Of a stretch of 64,000 nucleotides of DNA, positions 59,027 through 64,000 are shown one piece after another; within the stretch, counting starts at the first letter, position 1, and each line of letters starts with the position of its first letter. The translations under genes were made by a program, and so were the position numbers. The stretch spans positions 55,028 to 119,027 of the forward strand of contig CAZSBG010000003.1 of the NCBI GenBank assembly GCA_964605145.1. The letters run 5' to 3'. The notes below the pieces were generated by a model. That model had not been told where the DNA came from. It made no database searches and saw only the letters and a program-made list of their open reading frames with translations. This DNA comes from an uncultured Cytophagia bacterium (GTDB lineage: Bacteria > Zhuqueibacterota > Zhuqueibacteria > Thermofontimicrobiales > Thermofontimicrobiaceae).

Positions 59027-59467
59027 TTATCTTGCATTTTTATTAATTTGAAACGCTTTTGCGAGCAAGGGTTGGGTGATTTCAGGAATATCCAGTTCAG
59101 TTAAATCCGCTTCTGAAAACCATCCGGCATCGCTCGCATCTGATTGGGGTGTTAGTTCACCCCCCAAGAAATCAGCCAGGTAATCAATCAAAACATAATG
59201 AAACCGGACGCCTTCTTCATCATCCTTCAGGATCAGGTCCACCACATCCAGTATCATTTTCGGTTCCACGTGCACATTGCACTCTTCCAGCACCTCCCTG
59301 CGAACGGCTTCCGTTACTTTTTCACCCAATTCCACCAATCCACCTGGCACGGACCATAAATTCTTACTGGGTTCATTCCCTCGCTTAATCAGCAGCGCGC
59401 GTCCATGTTCATTGAATGTAATTACACCCACGCCTACTCTCGGCACCGAGGGATACATCCGTGTCAT
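59027..59467 (-). CDS. NUDIX hydrolase
   Basis: Nudix box GGLVELGEKVTEAVRREVLEECNV. Confidence 0.85.
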   Translation of the reverse strand: MTRMYPSVPRVGVGVITFNEHGRALLIKRGNEPSKNLWSVPGGLVELGEKVTEAVRREVLEECNVHVEPKMILDVVDLILKDDEEGVRFHYVLIDYLADFLGGELTPQSDASDAGWFSEADLTELDIPEITQPLLAKAFQINKNAR

Positions 59468-59494
59468 TCATCCTCCAGCTATTCAATTTCAATT

Positions 59495-60184
59495 TTATCC
59501 AAACATCTTCCGGAACCGTGGATAATCAGGAATAATAACCTTCCGTCCGTGCCTTTCCATTAATCCTTCATCCTCCAAATAGCGGAAAACCCGCGAAATA
59601 GTTTCGCGCGATGTCCCGGCCATATTGGCTAAATCCTGCTGCAATGGAATTTTGTGGATCACAACGCGCCCCTGTTTGATGATGCCGGCATCCTCGGCAA
59701 GCAGGATCAACGTAGAGGCAACCCGTCCCATTGCGTCCTGCAACGACAGACTTTTAATTTGCGTATCACTCTTTCGAATTCGCGCCGCGAGTTCCTTGAG
59801 CAAGCTGATGGCTATCTGGGGATATTCCTCGAGGAGCCCCAGAAAATCACCGCGGCGCAACATTAGTACTTCCGAGTCTTCAATGGCCGTTACGCTGGCC
59901 GAGCGAGCCTTGCCATCAATCAGTGAAAGCTCTCCAAAAAATTCACCGCGTTCAAGAATGGAAAGAATCACTTCACGCCCATCATCGCTCATCCGGGAAA
60001 CCTTCACCCTGCCCTTCTGAATGATAAAAAGCGTATTTCCGCTTTCTTCTTCAATTAAAATGATGCGATCTTTTACGTAATGCTGTGTGACGCACAAATC
60101 CCTGATTTTGTCCAACTCATCATCCAGTAGCTGAGAAAAAATTGGCACTCGTTTCAGTAGATTTATTTCCATGGGACCTCCCAT
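59495..60184 (-). CDS. Crp/Fnr-family transcriptional regulator
   Basis: cNMP-binding domain (GEFFGELSLIDGKARSASV) plus a C-terminal HTH (RETISRVFRYLEDEGLM). Confidence 0.85.
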   Translation of the reverse strand: MGGPMEINLLKRVPIFSQLLDDELDKIRDLCVTQHYVKDRIILIEEESGNTLFIIQKGRVKVSRMSDDGREVILSILERGEFFGELSLIDGKARSASVTAIEDSEVLMLRRGDFLGLLEEYPQIAISLLKELAARIRKSDTQIKSLSLQDAMGRVASTLILLAEDAGIIKQGRVVIHKIPLQQDLANMAGTSRETISRVFRYLEDEGLMERHGRKVIIPDYPRFRKMFG

Positions 60185-60304
60185 AAAAAAGTATTATTTA
60201 AATTGTCCCCAGTTAAATGATAAAAAGCAATGATGCACGCATAACTATGGGAGTTGAAATTCCCCCTAAATTTAATTCTCAGAAAAGCTATCCGCGTGAA
60301 AATT

Positions 60305-60928
60305 CTACATCCTCTCCAATTCAGCGATCATATCATAAACGATATCCATCACATGATCCGCCTGCTGCTGAAGTTTTTCCTTGTTTTCTCTATTTGTGGG
60401 TATCTTTTCCAGGTTTATTGGTTCTCCAATTTTTGCCCGGACTTTCACCATCCGCGGAAACCACGCGCCGGGCGGCAACACTTTGTCCGTCCCGTACATG
60501 GCAATGGGAACAACCGGACAATCAGCCAACAAAGCCATGCGAACAAATCCGGTTCTCGGCCGGTTTCGCTGACCATTTTCTTTTTTGCGCGTGCCTTCAG
60601 GAGCGATATAAAGTACGTTGCCATCTTTGAGTAAATTCACTGCACCATTAAATGCTTTATGATCAGAAGCATCCCGAACAACAGGAAACATCCCCACGGC
60701 CTTTAACCACCATTTTAGCACCGGCACGCGAAACAGGGAGTCCTTTGCCATGGCGTAAGCCTTGCGGTTGACGACAAGCGCCATGGTCACAACATCCATA
60801 TTGCTGCTATGATTGATCACGCCAATATAAGCCCCTTTTTTCGGCAGATTTTCTCGTCCGTATACTTTCCCTCTGAGATAAGTTTTTGTAAATAGAAGTA
60901 GAATAAATCGAGAAATCCAAAAAACCAT
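60305..60928 (-). CDS. plsC: 1-acyl-sn-glycerol-3-phosphate acyltransferase (PlsC family)
   Basis: HX4D motif INHSSNMD and the APEGTR motif. Confidence 0.85.
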   Translation of the reverse strand: MVFWISRFILLLFTKTYLRGKVYGRENLPKKGAYIGVINHSSNMDVVTMALVVNRKAYAMAKDSLFRVPVLKWWLKAVGMFPVVRDASDHKAFNGAVNLLKDGNVLYIAPEGTRKKENGQRNRPRTGFVRMALLADCPVVPIAMYGTDKVLPPGAWFPRMVKVRAKIGEPINLEKIPTNRENKEKLQQQADHVMDIVYDMIAELERM

Positions 60929-61071
60929 ATTATTTCCTCACAGACAAAAATTTAATTAGTGCTTCCCCCCGGATTTTCAAAATTACGATTTTAGAATTTT
61001 AAAATCAAGGATATTTTTTCATGTATTTTAAATAAAATCAATTTGAAATTATCGTACTTATCAAAGAATAT

Positions 61072-61683
61072 TCACTGCGATCTTTCCCGATACAATCCTT
61101 TGTTATCAATATATGTTACGACATCATGTGGAATCATATCTGAAATGGTTTTTTCAGCGGCGATTCTCTCTCGAATCGATGTTGAAGAAATATCGATTAA
61201 TGGCGTTTCAAGAATTTTGACGTGATTTGCAATAAAGCCTGGCACCGCTGACAAGTCTGCTCCTGGTCGTTGGAACACAACAACTGTGCATCTTTCGATG
61301 ATTTCGTCAGGACATCGCCAGAAGGGAAGATCGATCAGGCTATCGCCGCCAATTAAGAGAAAAAGCTGGTTCGGACCCAGCCCAAATTTATCACGATAAT
61401 AATTAATCGTATCAATCGTATATGAAATTCCCTTACGAAGAATTTCAACATCCGATATTTCAAAATCTGGGTGATTTTCAATTGCAAGTTGTGTCATTTT
61501 TAAACGATGTTCAGCGCTTGCAATAACAGCACCAAGCTTGTGTGGAGGATTCGCTGCAGGTATAAAGATGATTTTATCCAGAGATAATTTATTTTTTGTC
61601 CATTCGGCAATCTTCAAATGACCATTGTGAACTGGATCGAAGGATCCCCCAAATAGGCCAATTTTCATTTTTCCACTATCCAT
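61072..61683 (-). CDS. nadD: Nicotinate-nucleotide adenylyltransferase
   Basis: IGLFGGSFDPVHNGHL with the (H/T)xGH motif; 203 aa. Confidence 0.85.
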   Translation of the reverse strand: MDSGKMKIGLFGGSFDPVHNGHLKIAEWTKNKLSLDKIIFIPAANPPHKLGAVIASAEHRLKMTQLAIENHPDFEISDVEILRKGISYTIDTINYYRDKFGLGPNQLFLLIGGDSLIDLPFWRCPDEIIERCTVVVFQRPGADLSAVPGFIANHVKILETPLIDISSTSIRERIAAEKTISDMIPHDVVTYIDNKGLYRERSQ

Positions 61684-61738
61684 TCCGATCGAAAAAAGCA
61701 GATCTCAATTCTACATCATGGTAATAGAAAAGAGCTGC

Positions 61739-62512
61739 TCAGCCTTTCTGTTCCTCTGTCTTCATTTTGGACAATATATTTTTTACACGAGAAATTTTTG
61801 CGCTGTCCGGGTATTTTTCCAAATAAAGTTGATAGTATTTTGCTGCTTCGTCCATATCGCCGGCTTTCTGATACGCTTCTGCTTTGCCAAACAACGCTTT
61901 TTCTGCATATTTTGTATCGTAATAATTATCCAGCACATGATCGTAATATTTTATCGCGGCCGTGTATAACCTTCTCTTACGATAGGACATAGCATTTTCA
62001 TAATCTTTTCGGGCAAGTTTCTCCCGACATTTCGTCATATATTTATTGGCCTCAGGGACAAGGTCGCTGTTTGGATAGTCCTCGAGAAACCGCTGAAATT
62101 CCTCAATTGCTTTTTGCGTATTCGTTTGATCGAGAGAATATTTTGGCGACAGTTGATAATTGCTCATTGCAATTTTATACCGAGCGTCATCAACATATTC
62201 ACTATTTGGAAATATGCGCGTCAATTTTTGATATTCAGCGCTTGCCAGAATATATTCTTTTAAATTATAGTGGCACTCTCCTAAGTAAAATTGGGCGCGG
62301 TCACTTACGGTACTCCCCGGAAAATTCAGCGTAATTATTTTAAATTCAGTTTTTGCATCGAGATAATCGCCATCTTTGAACATTTTCTCAGCGATTTTCA
62401 TTCGTTCATCTGCAGTTAATGTGGCTTTAATTCGGTTTCTGCCACAAGACGTAAGAATCGCTATTAACATAATAAAGAAAAGTAAGTATTGTTTTCTCAT
62501 CACAAGTTTCAT
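61739..62512 (-). CDS. bamD: Outer membrane protein assembly factor BamD-like TPR lipoprotein
   Basis: Lipobox (LTSCG) and TPR repeats with a BamD-like pattern (...DRAQFYLGECHY...YPNSEYVDDARYKIAMSNYQ...). Confidence 0.7.
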   Translation of the reverse strand: MKLVMRKQYLLFFIMLIAILTSCGRNRIKATLTADERMKIAEKMFKDGDYLDAKTEFKIITLNFPGSTVSDRAQFYLGECHYNLKEYILASAEYQKLTRIFPNSEYVDDARYKIAMSNYQLSPKYSLDQTNTQKAIEEFQRFLEDYPNSDLVPEANKYMTKCREKLARKDYENAMSYRKRRLYTAAIKYYDHVLDNYYDTKYAEKALFGKAEAYQKAGDMDEAAKYYQLYLEKYPDSAKISRVKNILSKMKTEEQKG

Positions 62513-62523
62513 AAAATAATCCT

Positions 62524-63162
62524 TTAACTACTGCGCAATCTAAAAAAGAGATAAATAATGCTAAGTGTCGTCGCTATCACTACAGAAGGTTCAATGTATT
62601 TCTTTAATCCGGGATTTTGTGGAATTACGGCCTGGGTAAAATTGAAACTTTTGTTTTGAAGATTCTTTATTTTGTCTTTTTGAACCGTATCGCGATACGT
62701 CTCCGAGAATGTATCAAATGCCAATACTTTTCCGGTACGTGATTCAACAATTCGAACAGAAACAACAAGTTCAAATATTCGATCTAATTCATCTTTCTCC
62801 GCTCCTACCTCATACTTTACCTCAAGCGTCATTATCTGGAATTTCACTCCGTAATCGCAGCACGCAGAATCATTGACCTGATAGAGATAAATTTGGTCGA
62901 TACCGATTTTTGAGCATTCTTGCATCATCGCATTCTCGATCAGCCAATTTCCCTCAGCCTGCTTTTTCTGAGGTTGTATCGAGATGGAAATTGATGAATC
63001 CAGCGTGACCTGCTCCAATATTTCATGCACAGCTTTTGCAGCCAGTTGCTTGAATACTGTTAAATTTTTCACTGGTGTATCACTGGCTCCCAATGCCATA
63101 ACCGGGTAAATGAGGAAAAGAACGGGTAATCGGGTAACAATTGATTTGACTAATTTATTCAT
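62524..63162 (-). CDS. Hypothetical secreted/membrane-anchored protein
   Basis: N-terminal signal peptide and a C-terminal hydrophobic helix. No motif recognised. Confidence 0.4.
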   Translation of the reverse strand: MNKLVKSIVTRLPVLFLIYPVMALGASDTPVKNLTVFKQLAAKAVHEILEQVTLDSSISISIQPQKKQAEGNWLIENAMMQECSKIGIDQIYLYQVNDSACCDYGVKFQIMTLEVKYEVGAEKDELDRIFELVVSVRIVESRTGKVLAFDTFSETYRDTVQKDKIKNLQNKSFNFTQAVIPQNPGLKKYIEPSVVIATTLSIIYLFFRLRSS

Positions 63163-63270
63163 AAAATAATCAACAATTAATACTCATATAGTTTAATAAA
63201 GTTCCCGGTGAATATTCAGCGCTGATCGATTCCTTTCGCATTTAGCATTGTGTCAGGTGCGGCAATGAAT

Positions 63271-63999
63271 CTATAAACGAATAAGCAGAGAAAGCACATG
63301 CCAATGCTGTTCCTTTGTTGCCTGTTTTTGGTAGACAAAAGAGTAATTTAATAAAAACTGAGAATGGCTGAATCGATTTTGTTTTTGATAGAAAATATTG
63401 GAATCGATAAGACCGATCCCACCGGAAATTACGTGATTTTTTGAGAATCGTTCTCTATAATAGCCCCCGCGCAGCGCAAAAATTGAAAACACATTTTGTT
63501 CAAATCCAAAATGAGCCTCCCGCACTGTTTTCCGTTTGTCTTCGGTTAAATTCCGAAAATCGAAGGCAATTAAAGTGCTTGAGGTCGGGCGGTAAGCCAC
63601 GCCGATATTCATGGTCTCATCGGACATCCGCTCCACTGGCATTCGAATATCAGGAATATTTTTCGGGAAATCTACATAAGCCAGTCCAACATTCAATTTC
63701 TGCGACGGCTTCAACAAAATTCCATAACTGAATCCCAGATCCTGTTGCGTCTGACTATCTATTTTGTTCACATACAGACTGCCGGAAAACCCGAGGGATA
63801 CGCGTTCCGCCAGCTTAATGCGTGTATAAAAAGAGTGATAGCTATTTTTCCAGATATCGTTATTCTCAAAAAATTTTTTTTGCGCTGCGAGAACGCTGTT
63901 ATCAAGTATTTGTTCATGGAAAACAAGTGCCATATCCAAATATCGCCCGCTAAATGCAACGCTCTTGACAAATAACGCGCTTGATTTCAGAATATCCAC
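63271..63999 (-). CDS. Hypothetical protein (may extend beyond the window edge)
   Basis: ORF running to the window end; unknown function. Confidence 0.35.
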   Translation of the reverse strand: MDILKSSALFVKSVAFSGRYLDMALVFHEQILDNSVLAAQKKFFENNDIWKNSYHSFYTRIKLAERVSLGFSGSLYVNKIDSQTQQDLGFSYGILLKPSQKLNVGLAYVDFPKNIPDIRMPVERMSDETMNIGVAYRPTSSTLIAFDFRNLTEDKRKTVREAHFGFEQNVFSIFALRGGYYRERFSKNHVISGGIGLIDSNIFYQKQNRFSHSQFLLNYSFVYQKQATKEQHWHVLSLLIRL

Positions 64000-64000
64000 T

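Overview
This 64 kb window reads as bacterial chromosome. Native genes are roughly 50-55% GC, with several low-GC (~36-40%) islets. Almost all genes are on the minus strand; the only plus-strand CDSs are 2179-3600 and 34913-36244. The gene content points to an anaerobic, Gram-negative bacterium of the FCB group (Bacteroidota, Ignavibacteriota, or a related candidate phylum). Evidence for this is a type-A T9SS C-terminal sorting domain on a giant secreted glycoside hydrolase, BamD, an LPS-core cluster with MsbA, and a tungsten aldehyde:ferredoxin oxidoreductase. There is no rRNA, tRNA, CRISPR array, transposase or integrase in the window.

Contents, from left to right:
- (i) A low-GC islet with an XRE HTH regulator plus a membrane protein, a MoaD/ThiS-like GG-terminated sulfur carrier, and a low-GC orphan 473-aa gene followed by a hairpin-dense intergenic region.
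- (ii) A tungsten AOR next to two DhnA-type class I aldolase paralogs, one fused to a 2x[4Fe-4S] ferredoxin domain. A low-GC DUF4143 AAA+ ATPase gene interrupts this pair.
- (iii) A carbohydrate block: a giant secreted LamG/esterase protein, a ROK kinase, and a protein with a type I phosphomannose isomerase domain fused to an unknown N-terminal domain.
- (iv) Three uroporphyrinogen-decarboxylase (URO-D/MtaA) superfamily paralogs around a 1444-aa T9SS-secreted GH38-like hydrolase. One paralog is fused to two thioredoxin-like CxxC domains and overlaps a COG0523 (CobW-like) GTPase.
- (v) An unknown Ala/Gly-rich protein translationally coupled to an acyl-ACP thioesterase.
- (vi) A GalU-like nucleotidyltransferase, followed by a 1116-aa fusion of a GHMP sugar kinase and a UDPGP-type pyrophosphorylase.
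- (vii) A hybrid PAS/GAF histidine kinase and MeaB.
- (viii) An LPS-core/glycan cluster (GT2, GT9, GT4, MsbA-like, GT2, GT9, GT-B, GH63-like).
- (ix) Housekeeping genes (NUDIX, Crp/Fnr, PlsC, NadD, BamD).

A family of ~165-220 bp intergenic repeats with 13-bp terminal inverted repeats and a compensatory stem change occurs in at least two, probably three, copies. Two copies sit immediately upstream of minus-strand gene starts.
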